From Parachlamydiales bacterium (GTDB lineage: Bacteria > Chlamydiota > Chlamydiia > Chlamydiales > JAJFMK01): 64,000 nt of DNA. Location of the stretch: contig CAVXVG010000026.1 in assembly GCA_963765145.1 (NCBI GenBank), positions 160,001 through 224,000 on the forward strand. Direction: 5' to 3'. This document shows positions 39,116 to 48,528 of this stretch, one piece after another. Position numbers and translations under genes: made by a program. Below the pieces are notes generated by a model. The model was not told where the DNA came from. It was given only the letters and a program-made list of their open reading frames with translations, and did not search any database. The stretch's first letter is position 1. Each line of letters begins with the position of its first letter.

Positions 39116-39218
39116 GGCACTCACTTCGTGGGTGCCATTTTATGTGTTACCTAAAACCCAGGGTTGCGCGCATTCGCGCTTACCTTGGGCTACAATCCGA
39201 AAACACCCTTCGGGCGTT
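39116..39218. repeat. Single multi-hairpin REP-like arm (C-related)
   Basis: GGCACTCAC-TTC-GTGGGTGCC; ACCCAGGGT...ACCTTGGG; AACACCC-TTC-GGGCGTT; a degenerate hexamer run follows at about 39250-39280. Confidence 0.6.
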
Positions 39219-39292
39219 TATTGAAACCTAGAAAAACTTATGAATAATAGGGTAAGGGCAGGGGAAAGGGAGGGGAAGGGTCTTGCAAGAAG

Positions 39293-39994
39293 TTGGGTTT
39301 ATTGTTAGGATCGCTGGGCATGCAGAAAAATCAACTTGTCCTTACGTTCCTTGTCCTTTTAATACTGTTTTTGTTGTTCCCTCTTTTTTGGATGGGTGGC
39401 GAACGGGGGCTGCTATTTCCAATTTACTTGTCGGTCGGTCCGCTTTTGGCTGCGGGCATCCTTTTTATTGAGCTGAAGAAGAAAAAATCGATCCTTGAAT
39501 TAGTGCAAAAGAAGCTTTCGTTATTGTCTCCGGCCCTTTTTCTCTCTTTGGTCGCAGCGGTTGTATTTGGTGTCTTGATTTTTTCGCTGATGTTGTTTGA
39601 GTGGCTGGTCTCGATGTTAGTGGTAGGGCCGTTGGTCCAAACTGCGCTGGTTGGAGTTCCGCTTCTTCTGGCTCTGTTGCTTTTAGCAGGATTGTTGCTG
39701 ATTCCTCTCTTACTTTACTTTCTTGTTCCCCTTATTCCTCGAGTGGGTTGGGATGCACGTTTACTTGCAAAAACAATTGTCGAACGGGTCCGACGTCCTT
39801 GGATGACAGGTTTTGTCAAGGCAATCGCTCCGGTTGCTGCGCTTATCATAGCGCTAGCTCTTATGGCCAAATTTTATGTTCCGTTTCTTTTTGCGTATGG
39901 AACACCTTCATTTGCCCTGCAGTGGCTGTTTTTAAGCCCTGTTCTGGCGGCACTTTTTACCTATCCGCTGAACTATTTTTACTCCAAAGCTTGA
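39293..39994 (+). CDS. Multi-pass membrane protein
   Basis: About six strongly hydrophobic segments. Confidence 0.7.
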   Translation: MGLLLGSLGMQKNQLVLTFLVLLILFLLFPLFWMGGERGLLFPIYLSVGPLLAAGILFIELKKKKSILELVQKKLSLLSPALFLSLVAAVVFGVLIFSLMLFEWLVSMLVVGPLVQTALVGVPLLLALLLLAGLLLIPLLLYFLVPLIPRVGWDARLLAKTIVERVRRPWMTGFVKAIAPVAALIIALALMAKFYVPFLFAYGTPSFALQWLFLSPVLAALFTYPLNYFYSKA

Positions 39995-40842
39995 ACTAAT
40001 TTTTTAGCAAACAGGGCGTGGTAAAGAAGTCCGCGGGAACCTAGCCCTGTGTACGCAAAAAGTTTGTCGTTGATTTTTTTGATACAAGGAAGGCGCTGGG
40101 GTGTGGAGGCTCGCACACCCGCTTTAATCTCCACGATCGGTTGTTTAGAAATCCCTTTCATCATCTTTTCACCCTTCTCTAAAAGTTCTTCAATGCAACT
40201 TGGGTCGGGGTCTGCTGTTTTAAAATTACGTTCATAGGTCGAACCTAAAATGCAGTGTCCATTTTTGGGAAGAAGATACCCTTCGGCTGAGACAGGGTAG
40301 GGAAGTGTAGCATCGATTTCGAGAAGTTGTCCTTTGACAGCTGTTATTTGGACAAAAGGGGTCTGCCAACCTTGGCAGAGGATGACAATATCATGCGGCA
40401 AAGTTGCAGGATCGTCGATCGTTTGAATCTGCAAGGTTCCCCCATTTCTTTCGATCTCATCCATTAGCCACTGAAGGTAAGCTGGAGTGTCGATCGCATA
40501 GGCCTCTTCTTGCCAATAACCATTGTCCCTTTTTTGAAAGTCAGGACTATTTGCAAACCTGGTTTCCATCTGCTGGTTAAAGGGAATGCGAAGAAGCCCT
40601 TTGTACAAAACGTGGTTCTTAACTAGTGGTAAGGAGGCTTCCATCCCCTCCAGTCCCAGTGTATTCATTTTCCCTGTTTGGCCAACATAAGGGTGCAAAA
40701 GCCCTGCAGCCATACCCGAGGCGCCCCCTCCCACCCCATTTTTATCAAAGAGAGTGACTTGGCATGTAGGCGACAAGAAATATCCGGTGGCAAGCCCTGC
40801 CAAGCCGGCGCCTATAATTGCTATTCTTCTCGTTTTGGCCAT
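39979..40842 (-). CDS. FAD-dependent oxidoreductase (DAO/MnmC C-terminal-like)
   Basis: IIGAGLAG, GASGMAAGLLHP, VKGQL, GLGSRGL. Confidence 0.85.
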   Translation of the reverse strand: MAKTRRIAIIGAGLAGLATGYFLSPTCQVTLFDKNGVGGGASGMAAGLLHPYVGQTGKMNTLGLEGMEASLPLVKNHVLYKGLLRIPFNQQMETRFANSPDFQKRDNGYWQEEAYAIDTPAYLQWLMDEIERNGGTLQIQTIDDPATLPHDIVILCQGWQTPFVQITAVKGQLLEIDATLPYPVSAEGYLLPKNGHCILGSTYERNFKTADPDPSCIEELLEKGEKMMKGISKQPIVEIKAGVRASTPQRLPCIKKINDKLFAYTGLGSRGLLYHALFAKKLVQALE

Positions 40843-41240
40843 TCTTCCGGGTATATGTAATGGGTTCTAAAAGCTTCTCTTAACTTAAAGGCTGCTCTTT
40901 GGCTGCATTCCATCTGGACAATGGGTTGCACGATTTCAGCGATGAGCCTGATAAGAAAGTGCCTTTTTTGAATGAAAGAAACTCTTCCAACAAGATTGAT
41001 AGAAAAAATAAGGTAGTGAGTGCAAAAACAGATCAACGTTTCGATCACAAGGCCTGCTACTTTGACAATGAGAGATTTTTCTTTATAGGGATAAGCAAAG
41101 AGATCTCCTCTGTCAGGAAAAGCTTGCAGCCTTAGTTCCCCTTGGCCATTACGCTTACCTTTAAAGATAACATTGTAAAGATCCCTTGAAACGGCAAATG
41201 TGATAGCGATAGGGAAAGCAGCTGAAGTTCCAAAAATCAT
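40821..41240 (-). CDS. Hypothetical protein
   Basis: 139-aa ORF overlapping the downstream gene start. Confidence 0.5.
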   Translation of the reverse strand: MIFGTSAAFPIAITFAVSRDLYNVIFKGKRNGQGELRLQAFPDRGDLFAYPYKEKSLIVKVAGLVIETLICFCTHYLIFSINLVGRVSFIQKRHFLIRLIAEIVQPIVQMECSQRAAFKLREAFRTHYIYPEEWPKREE

Positions 41241-41299
41241 GCCTGTCCATCATAGCAGGGGGGTGGCTTTTTTGCTTATTGTCAATTATAACAAGGGAT

Positions 41300-41845
41300 A
41301 TGAAAGAGATTTGGCAGTTTTTATTGGTATTGTTGGCAGCGATTGTATTTGCATTTGCCCTTGTTTATTGGATGGTTAGGGATGACGCCATCGATAAAAG
41401 GATGTATGTTTCACAAGTCTTGCTTTCTCCTGAAACCATTGAAAAGTTAAGCAATCGAGAGGTTGAGGGAGGCAAGCAAAGGCCCTCGGAATATTTGATC
41501 GAGTCGATTCAATATGTCCACTTTGATGAAACAACTAAAAAATGGGACTCAAAGCCGATCGATATAGCCACTTACGAACGTTTTTATCGTCAAATCGAGC
41601 ACGATAGGGGAGTGATCGACCCGCCTGAATCAGTTTTACAAAGCTTTTTGTCTACCAGCGGGGCAAAACTGCAACTCTATATGAAACATTTTTCTCCACT
41701 CGTCCGCGAAGGAAAAACCGAAGTTTTTCAGACGGTCCAGTTTAACTCTGAAAAAAATGCTTATCGTATCAATTTGCATGTAGATGACAAACAGAAGGAG
41801 TGGGTCTACTTTTCCCATCCGGACGTGGAGAAGGATCTTGAGTAA
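41300..41845 (+). CDS. Membrane-anchored hypothetical protein
   Basis: N-terminal TM; first gene of the hflX operon; ATG 41300 after AAGGGA. Confidence 0.7.
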   Translation: MKEIWQFLLVLLAAIVFAFALVYWMVRDDAIDKRMYVSQVLLSPETIEKLSNREVEGGKQRPSEYLIESIQYVHFDETTKKWDSKPIDIATYERFYRQIEHDRGVIDPPESVLQSFLSTSGAKLQLYMKHFSPLVREGKTEVFQTVQFNSEKNAYRINLHVDDKQKEWVYFSHPDVEKDLE

Positions 41846-42614
41846 AGATAGCTGCCTTTTTTTAGGGACCGGTGCATCGCTTGGCATACCGATGATTGGG
41901 TGCCATTGTCCTGTCTGTCTTTCAAAAAATCCGAAGGATAAAAGGCTGCGGTGTTCAGCCCTCCTGACCATAGGAGGAAGACGTATCTTGATCGATACCT
42001 CGCCCGATTTTAGGCAGCAAGCCTTGACCCATCAGATTGAGGCGATCGATGCCATCATCTGGACCCATGCTCACCAAGATCACGTGGGTGGAATGGACGA
42101 TTTGCGACCTCTGTTCATGAAAAGAAAAGAGGCTATTCCCTGCTACTTGTCTTCTTCAACGTTTCAAGATATCAAATATCGATTTGGATACATTGTCAAC
42201 CCAGACCTTAATTCCCCCTCACTAAAGCCAAGACTTGATTTTAACATTTTACCCTTTGAAGGGAAAATGGATGTTCTTGGTGTAGAACTTGAGGTCTTTA
42301 CCTATTTACAGATGGGAATGGAAGTCACAGGACTTCGATTTGGAACATTTGCTTATGTAGTGGACATCAAAAATGTGGAGCCTTTTCTTTATGAAAAATT
42401 GAAGGGGGTCGAAACGCTTGTGATCAGCGCCTTGCGTTATGAGATTAGCCCTCTTCACCTAACACTTGCCGAAGCTAACAATTTTGGGTTGGCTATCGGG
42501 GCTAAAAATACCTATCTAACCCACATTGCTCATGAAATCGGCGCAGAAGAGGGGCAAAAACGTCTTTCCCCAAGTGTCGAACTGGCGTATGATGGTCTAG
42601 AAATAAATTTGTGA
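41838..42614 (+). CDS. MBL-fold metallo-hydrolase (PhnP-like)
   Basis: FLGTGASLGIPMIGCHCPVC, DTSPDFRQQ, THAHQDH, LTHIAH, AYDGL. Confidence 0.9.
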   Translation: MSKDSCLFLGTGASLGIPMIGCHCPVCLSKNPKDKRLRCSALLTIGGRRILIDTSPDFRQQALTHQIEAIDAIIWTHAHQDHVGGMDDLRPLFMKRKEAIPCYLSSSTFQDIKYRFGYIVNPDLNSPSLKPRLDFNILPFEGKMDVLGVELEVFTYLQMGMEVTGLRFGTFAYVVDIKNVEPFLYEKLKGVETLVISALRYEISPLHLTLAEANNFGLAIGAKNTYLTHIAHEIGAEEGQKRLSPSVELAYDGLEINL

Positions 42615-42627
42615 CCAACCATATCTA

Positions 42628-43065
42628 CCCTTGCCCTTGCCCTTGCCCGAAAAAAAAATGGATCATGAAAAATTGACTGTGTACCAGACGGCAATAGAAT
42701 TTGTCGTTCTTGCTAACGAAATATCAGAGCATTTTCCGAGAGGAAGAGCGTATTTTACAGATCAACTTCAGCGTGCTGCTCTCTCAGTGCCATTAAATGT
42801 TGCAGAAGGAGCAGGGGAGTATGCAAATGATGAAAAAGCTCGGTTTTATCGGATGGCTAAGCGATCTGCTACCGAATGCGCTGGTATTTTAGATGTATGT
42901 CAGCGTCTGAAACTCATTGAAGAAAATTTATATCAAAAAGGGAAAGAGTTGCTGTTTGGAATAGTGTCTATGCTGGTCAAAATGGCTCAGAGGAGTAATT
43001 AATTGGGCGAAGGACAAGTTTTTTTAGGGCAAGGGCAAGGGCAAGGGCAGGGGCACGGGCAAGGG
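42628..43065 (+). mobile_element. Putative mobile unit: four-helix-bundle gene bracketed by inverted hexamer arrays
   Basis: (CCCTTG)3-CCCGAA 42628-42651; (GGGCAA)3-GGGCAG-GGGCAC-GGGCAA 43027-43062. Confidence 0.6.
42658..43002 (+). CDS. Four helix bundle protein (23S rRNA IVP / Avd-like family)
   Basis: HEKLTVYQ, DQLQRAALSVPLNVAEG, FYRMAKRSATEC. Confidence 0.92.
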   Translation: MDHEKLTVYQTAIEFVVLANEISEHFPRGRAYFTDQLQRAALSVPLNVAEGAGEYANDEKARFYRMAKRSATECAGILDVCQRLKLIEENLYQKGKELLFGIVSMLVKMAQRSN

Positions 43066-44340
43066 GTGAGTCGACCAAAAGCGATGATTCTGTCGTTTTT
43101 TCACCACTCCTACGAAAGGGAAGGTGCAAGCGATTATTTGGATGAACTTGCCCTTTTAACCGACACTTTCGGTATTGATGTGATCTACAAGGAGGCCATT
43201 TATCTTCGCGAGATCAATTCTGCTACCTACATCTCGAAGGGCAAATTAGCCGATCTGGTTGATTTGGTCGATGACGAATACGATGTCGATCTGGTCATTT
43301 TAGACGATGAGGTCAGCCCTGCCCAGCAGCGGAATTTAGAGAAAACTTTTAAGAAAAAAGTGATCGATCGGAACGAGGTCATCCTTGGGGTGTTTGGACA
43401 AAGGGCCAGAACCAAAGAGGCTAGACTTCAAATTGAATTGGCCGAAAAAACCTACCAATTCCCCAGATTGACCCGTCTTTGGACCCACTTATCTCGTCAG
43501 GCAGGTTCTGGAGGCTCCGGTTCAGGAGGAGGAGGCTACCAAAAGGGGGAGGGAGAAAAGCAGATCGAGCTAGACCGGCGCATCCTGAAAGATGAGATTG
43601 TCAAAATTAAACGAGAGTTGGACGAGGTCAAAGGGATACGCGAGGTTCAACGGAGAGATCGTAAGAGAAATGCGGTCCCGACTTTTGCCTTGGTAGGTTA
43701 TACCAATGCGGGCAAGTCGACCCTTTTAAACGCTATGACAGGCTCCGATGTCTATGTTGAAAATAAATTGTTTGCAACGCTTGATACTACCACCCGTCGG
43801 ATGTCTTTGCCAAACAACCAAGAAGTTTTGGCAATCGATACTGTCGGTTTCATCCGCAAGCTTCCCCATCTTCTAGTTGCAGCTTTCAAAAGCACACTCG
43901 AAGAATCTTTAGAGGCCGATATTTTGCTTCATGTGGTCGACATTAGCCACCCCATGGCAGAAGAACAGATCCTTACAACCGAGAAAGTACTGAAAGAGCT
44001 AGGCGCAGAAAACCGGCCAAGCTTGTATGTATTTAATAAAGTCGATGCTCTCGAAGATGAAAAAAAGCTGCAGCTTTTGAAGATCCAATTTCCGAAACAT
44101 GTTATAGTATCTGCTCTCACTAAAGAGGGGTTTGACGATCTCTATGCTTTTATGGAGCAAGAGATCAAAGCATTGCGGGAATACGTCACCTTCCGCATTC
44201 CTCAAAGTGATTTTAAAGTGGTCGCCGAGCTGATCCGTTTGGGCACCCTTTTAAAGCAGGAGTACGAGGAGAATGATGTGATTCTCCATATCGAACTTCC
44301 AAGAGCAGTTTCCGGAAAATATGAACTCTACAGAGTCTAA
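43066..44340 (+). CDS. hflX: Ribosome-splitting GTPase HflX
   Basis: RARTKEARLQ, GEGEKQIELDRR, VGYTNAGKS, LFATLD, DTVGFI, NKVD; start set to GTG 43066. Confidence 0.95.
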   Translation: MSRPKAMILSFFHHSYEREGASDYLDELALLTDTFGIDVIYKEAIYLREINSATYISKGKLADLVDLVDDEYDVDLVILDDEVSPAQQRNLEKTFKKKVIDRNEVILGVFGQRARTKEARLQIELAEKTYQFPRLTRLWTHLSRQAGSGGSGSGGGGYQKGEGEKQIELDRRILKDEIVKIKRELDEVKGIREVQRRDRKRNAVPTFALVGYTNAGKSTLLNAMTGSDVYVENKLFATLDTTTRRMSLPNNQEVLAIDTVGFIRKLPHLLVAAFKSTLEESLEADILLHVVDISHPMAEEQILTTEKVLKELGAENRPSLYVFNKVDALEDEKKLQLLKIQFPKHVIVSALTKEGFDDLYAFMEQEIKALREYVTFRIPQSDFKVVAELIRLGTLLKQEYEENDVILHIELPRAVSGKYELYRV

Positions 44341-45556
44341 AACATTTAAAATCGTTACTCTAGGTTGCCGAACCAATCAATACGAGGCTGAAGGGTTTCG
44401 TCAGCAGATGCTCACCATCGGAATGGGTGAAGCAGAAAACGACGATGCGCCGGACGTTTGCGTAGTCAACACCTGCACTGTGACAGATGCGGCCGATAAA
44501 GAGAGTCGTTTGCAGGTCAGGCAGCTGGCGAAAAAATATCCCCATGCAAAAATTGCTGTGACCGGTTGCTCTGTAGATAATGATCCTGATGGATATGGGG
44601 CGATGAAAGGGGTCGAAGCAGTCAGACGCAACAACGAAAAAGAGGCGCTCCTTCTTCCACTTTTCCCGGAACTTGAGCATATTCCTTTTAAAATAGAGGG
44701 ATTTGATGGCCATACCCGCGCTTTTGTCAAAGTGCAAGATGGGTGCAACTCCTTCTGCACCTACTGCATCATTCCCTATACTCGTGGTCGCTCCAAGTCC
44801 CGTTCGATTCCGGAAGTACTTCAAGAGGTCGAAGGGTTAGTAGCCAACGGATACAAAGAGGTTGTCTTAACCGGTATTAACATTGGCGATTTTGATGGGG
44901 GGTTATCAGACCTTGTCAAAGCGGTCGATAAAGTCGATGGGCTTGAAAGGATCAGGATCTCTTCTATCGACCCGGATGAAGTGGACGAAACATTAATGAG
45001 AACTGTGCTAGAGGCAGAAAAAACTTGCCTATCGTTCCATTTAGTGCTCCAGTCTGGCTCAAACGTGGTTTTAAAGCGGATGAACCGGAAATATACACGG
45101 CAAATTTTTCTGGAGACTTGCCACCGTTTAAGAGAAGCTGCACCCGATTTTGAATTTACAACCGATGTGATAGTCGGATTTCCCGGAGAAACGGAAGAGG
45201 ACCACCAAGAGACATTGTCGGTGATCCATGAGGTGGGATTTGCCAAAGTCCATATGTTTCCTTTTAGCCCACGAAAAAGGACTCGGGCAGCCCTTTATCC
45301 CGATCAAATTGATCATGAAACGAAACAGAGAAGGAAAAAAGAGGTGCTCGATGCCTCGATTGCCTCCGGTTTTCGCCAAAGAGAGAAATATGTGGGCCGG
45401 GTCATGAAGGTGCTGGTTGAAGGGCAAGATGGCAAAGGACATACCGACAACTTTTTGCCTGTTCAAATAGAAGGACAGGTAGAAAGAAATGAGATGGTTG
45501 AGGTGCTCTTAACCGAAAACAGTGAAACACTATTGAAGGGGAAGAGAGTATGTTGA
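44321..45556 (+). CDS. mtaB: tRNA t6A37 methylthiotransferase
   Basis: TLGCRTNQYE, NTCTVT, VQDGCNSFCTYCIIPYTRG, HMFPFSPR. Confidence 0.92.
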   Translation: MNSTESKTFKIVTLGCRTNQYEAEGFRQQMLTIGMGEAENDDAPDVCVVNTCTVTDAADKESRLQVRQLAKKYPHAKIAVTGCSVDNDPDGYGAMKGVEAVRRNNEKEALLLPLFPELEHIPFKIEGFDGHTRAFVKVQDGCNSFCTYCIIPYTRGRSKSRSIPEVLQEVEGLVANGYKEVVLTGINIGDFDGGLSDLVKAVDKVDGLERIRISSIDPDEVDETLMRTVLEAEKTCLSFHLVLQSGSNVVLKRMNRKYTRQIFLETCHRLREAAPDFEFTTDVIVGFPGETEEDHQETLSVIHEVGFAKVHMFPFSPRKRTRAALYPDQIDHETKQRRKKEVLDASIASGFRQREKYVGRVMKVLVEGQDGKGHTDNFLPVQIEGQVERNEMVEVLLTENSETLLKGKRVC

Positions 45557-46470
45557 GGCAAATTTCAATCAGAGAACGGTTTTTTCCTTTTTCCCACACA
45601 CCAGGCGTGAAAGTGTTATTGCCGGGCACATCCCTTTGTTTGCAGGTGTATCCCACAACTGTTTCTTGCTTCGACCTGGAAGGGACTCAAAAGGATGCCT
45701 TTTCACTACCGCTTGAGGGGGCTATTTCCGACTTCACTGTTGTTCAAGACTTGGAGCAGGGCGCCATTTTAATTTTTGGTAAGGATCAAAAAGGTTTTTT
45801 TCGGTTTCGCTGCACAAGAGATCTAGAGTTTAAGCAGGAAAAAGGAGGGGCATTTCACCGCACCCTTTTCAAGCCGGAAGTGTTTTTTCAAGCTCCTAGT
45901 GCCATTGAAAGGTTGTTGCACACCTCTTTACAGAAAAGAAGTGTAGAAAGGCTGGTAGAAAAGCAGGATTGGGTGCAATTGCTGCAACCTTTGTATCGGC
46001 TGATGCAATGGTACGAACCGTTAACATTGGACATGCCGCTTGCCTTAGATGCTTACATTTTAGGGGGCTTTGAAGGGCTACTAGTTCCAACAGGGCAAGA
46101 TACCAAAAAAATGGGTGTCCCTTTTTCCTTTCCTTCTCCTATTCAATTTTTAAGAGCTCTTCGAAACAAAGTAACCTCTTTGTTTGTAGAAGAAAACAAT
46201 GAGGAGTTGGTCTTATGCCCTCATATCCCTCAAGAAATGCCTGCAGGCAGAGTCAAAGGGGTTAAAATAGGCGACTACTCCCTAGATATCGAATGGAGGA
46301 AAAAGATGCCGCGAAGGGTTCAACTTTCAGCATCAAAAGAAAAAACCTTCCATCTAGCTTCAAAAGGGCTAGCATCCGTTCGGTTGGATAAAACCCAACA
46401 GTCCCTCACTCACGCCATTGAGATTGCTCCCCCAAAGCCCCTCTTCTTCGACCGCTTCCAAAAAACCTAG
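45550..46470 (+). CDS. Conserved hypothetical protein (C-terminus resembles glycoside hydrolase C-terminal beta domains)
   Basis: PFSHTPG, VVQDLE, LCPHIP...AGRVKG...DIEW; coupled to mtaB. Confidence 0.6.
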   Translation: MLRQISIRERFFPFSHTPGVKVLLPGTSLCLQVYPTTVSCFDLEGTQKDAFSLPLEGAISDFTVVQDLEQGAILIFGKDQKGFFRFRCTRDLEFKQEKGGAFHRTLFKPEVFFQAPSAIERLLHTSLQKRSVERLVEKQDWVQLLQPLYRLMQWYEPLTLDMPLALDAYILGGFEGLLVPTGQDTKKMGVPFSFPSPIQFLRALRNKVTSLFVEENNEELVLCPHIPQEMPAGRVKGVKIGDYSLDIEWRKKMPRRVQLSASKEKTFHLASKGLASVRLDKTQQSLTHAIEIAPPKPLFFDRFQKT

Positions 46471-46642
46471 ATGTGAATGGCTTGTCATCGCAGATCGCAG
46501 ACCTTGTTTTTTAATCCTATGAATTTCAAAGCTATCTTCTTTAAAAAAGAAATCAGAGATGTTTTCTATTTAACCATAGTCTGTATCTATGATGACAATT
46601 TGCATTTTGAATGCAGTAAAAAGGCATGTGGAGTTTTATAAT

Positions 46643-47938
46643 ATGAGTGGTTTTGGCATAGGCAGATTCGGCGGATACTCGACACCATCCCGTATTTATC
46701 AAGCTGTCGTCCCAGCAAATAGCGAAATGCAGCTTTATGAATCTCCTAGAGGACAATTTAGAGTAACGCGATTGTCTCAAACTGACGTGTTTGACGCCAT
46801 TCGCTTTGATCCTGTCGATGAAGGGCACTTAAACGGGCTTAATGATAAATCTCTAAGGGTTTTAGCACCCTTTGCTCAATCTGTTGGAATGATGTCTTAC
46901 GGCAATAAGCAAATGGGAAGTTGTTCTTTAATCGCTCCCAATTTAGCGATCATAGCTTGCCACTGCATTGAAGGGAGAGATGTTAGAAACCTTGATGCTA
47001 AGTTTGGGTTTGTTTTTGATGGAGAGATGCAGGTAACACATCTCGGTACTGAGTTCAAAGTCTTGCAGGTTTTAGAGCACGATCCGAGTTTGGATTATGC
47101 CATCGTAGAGCTTGAAGGAACGCCCGGTTTGCAATATGGACATTTGCGGATAGATCCAAGCGAAGAAATTAATGGTGAACCTGCCTTACTACATCATCCC
47201 TTAGGTAAATCGCTAAAACTTTCTATCCATAAAGTCGTGACATCGCAATTTGAGGCGACTTTTACAAGCACTTATCACGATTCAGACTATGGCTCATCTG
47301 GTGGGGCCTATCTCAGTCCCTCAGGCAACTTTGTCGCGCTGCACCTCGGCTCTGTAAGAGACCAATTTGACATGAACCTTGAGAGATTAGCCCTGCCTAT
47401 CCAGAAAATCTTACAAAAACAGCCAAATAGTCTATTAGCCTATTGCGCCATGCATCGCCTTACCAATGCAGTGATTGAATCAATTGCGCAGCCAACCTAT
47501 TTCGTCCCCGACTTTCTGCGTGATCTTCATTTTATCGATCATGAAAAATTCGATAGATCAAAATTAAGAGATGCTGACTATCTTCTTAGGCCTGCCACAA
47601 ATGAGTTGCCAGCTGTTGTAATAGATTCTCACCAGATGAAACATTCTCCTAGTTGGCCGGGAGATTACCATGGAAAGAAAGGAACGCAGTTTAATCAGGA
47701 CATGATAGGCCTGGATGAGGCTGTAGAACTTGCTGAAAAAATCGTTGAAGCTATGCCTCTGTTCAAAACAAGGCCCAAGGTGAACACAATTCTTAATATG
47801 ACTCACTGGCTTTTAGATAAAAAAGCCCTTGGAAATGAGTTATATAAAAAGTTGAAAGGGCACAATGAGATTGTGCTTGTAGACCCTGCTTTCAAGGTGG
47901 AGACCGACACTTGGAACATACACTTTTATCCTAAATAG
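46643..47938 (+). CDS. Trypsin-like serine protease with an uncharacterised C-terminal domain
   Basis: Triad IACHC / LDYAIV / GSSGG, VALH; ATG 46643 after GGAG. Confidence 0.8.
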   Translation: MSGFGIGRFGGYSTPSRIYQAVVPANSEMQLYESPRGQFRVTRLSQTDVFDAIRFDPVDEGHLNGLNDKSLRVLAPFAQSVGMMSYGNKQMGSCSLIAPNLAIIACHCIEGRDVRNLDAKFGFVFDGEMQVTHLGTEFKVLQVLEHDPSLDYAIVELEGTPGLQYGHLRIDPSEEINGEPALLHHPLGKSLKLSIHKVVTSQFEATFTSTYHDSDYGSSGGAYLSPSGNFVALHLGSVRDQFDMNLERLALPIQKILQKQPNSLLAYCAMHRLTNAVIESIAQPTYFVPDFLRDLHFIDHEKFDRSKLRDADYLLRPATNELPAVVIDSHQMKHSPSWPGDYHGKKGTQFNQDMIGLDEAVELAEKIVEAMPLFKTRPKVNTILNMTHWLLDKKALGNELYKKLKGHNEIVLVDPAFKVETDTWNIHFYPK

Positions 47939-48026
47939 TTGATGATTCATCGCCTAAATGGCGCGAATTCGATGGAATTTACTGATCAGTAGACAGAATC
48001 TGAATGGAACTGCCGCTTGCTTTAGC

Positions 48027-48190
48027 GCTAAACAGCCTTGTTGCATAATTAGCCAATCCAGGCAGTGAGATCTCGAGGGAAATTTGAGGTTGTGAAAAAT
48101 AAATAAACGCTCGAAGGGGGTTTTAGCGCTATCCTACCTGAATTTTATCGAACTCGCTGCGAACAAACAAGGCCGTTTAGTACTCCAAAC
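48027..48190. repeat. Degenerate E::D composite
   Basis: GCTAAACAGCCTTGTTGCATAATT ... AACAAGGCCGTTTAGTACTCCAAAC. Confidence 0.75.
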
Positions 48191-48196
48191 TGCAGG

Positions 48197-48278
48197 CTAG
48201 AAGGTGGCTTGGAGGCCGGCGCTTAAGAAGAAGTTGGAGGCATTTCTCCAGACGTCACCGCCGTATTCAGCCCACAGC
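48197..48278 (-). pseudogene. Duplicated 3' tip of the beta-barrel gene at the right window edge
   Basis: 48198-48278 matches 63876-63956 at 77/81 nt; reads LWAEYGGDVWRNASNFFLSAGLQATF*. Confidence 0.9.
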
Positions 48279-48285
48279 TCTAAAC

Positions 48286-48378
48286 ATAGGTCCGAAGGAC
48301 CGCAATATGAAAGCCCTGACCGATAGGTCAGGGTAAAGGAATAAAATATCATTTGGAGCCCTGAAGGGGCGACATATC
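48286..48378 (+). repeat. Left arm of a family C REP-like element
   Basis: Colinear with 17704-17796, with compensatory stem changes. Confidence 0.85.
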
Positions 48379-48528
48379 CTTTTACGCAAAATTGCGTTTA
48401 CCTTAAATGACTGATAATTCAATATATTCGACATTCGCACAAAGTCACTTTTGGGTCTCACTGTTGTTGGTGGCACCTAGATCTCAAGGTGCTATAAATG
48501 CTCGTTTAATAAAGGTAGATTGAAATAA

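Noticed and set aside
42658..43002. Diversity-generating retroelement (Avd-like gene)
   Set aside because: No reverse transcriptase, and no TR/VR pair with adenine-specific mismatches was seen
43003..43065. GQGQGQGHGQG N-terminal extension of HflX (and MPLPLP on the four-helix-bundle ORF)
   Set aside because: Both are in-frame readings of the hexamer arms; better starts lie at 43066 and 42658
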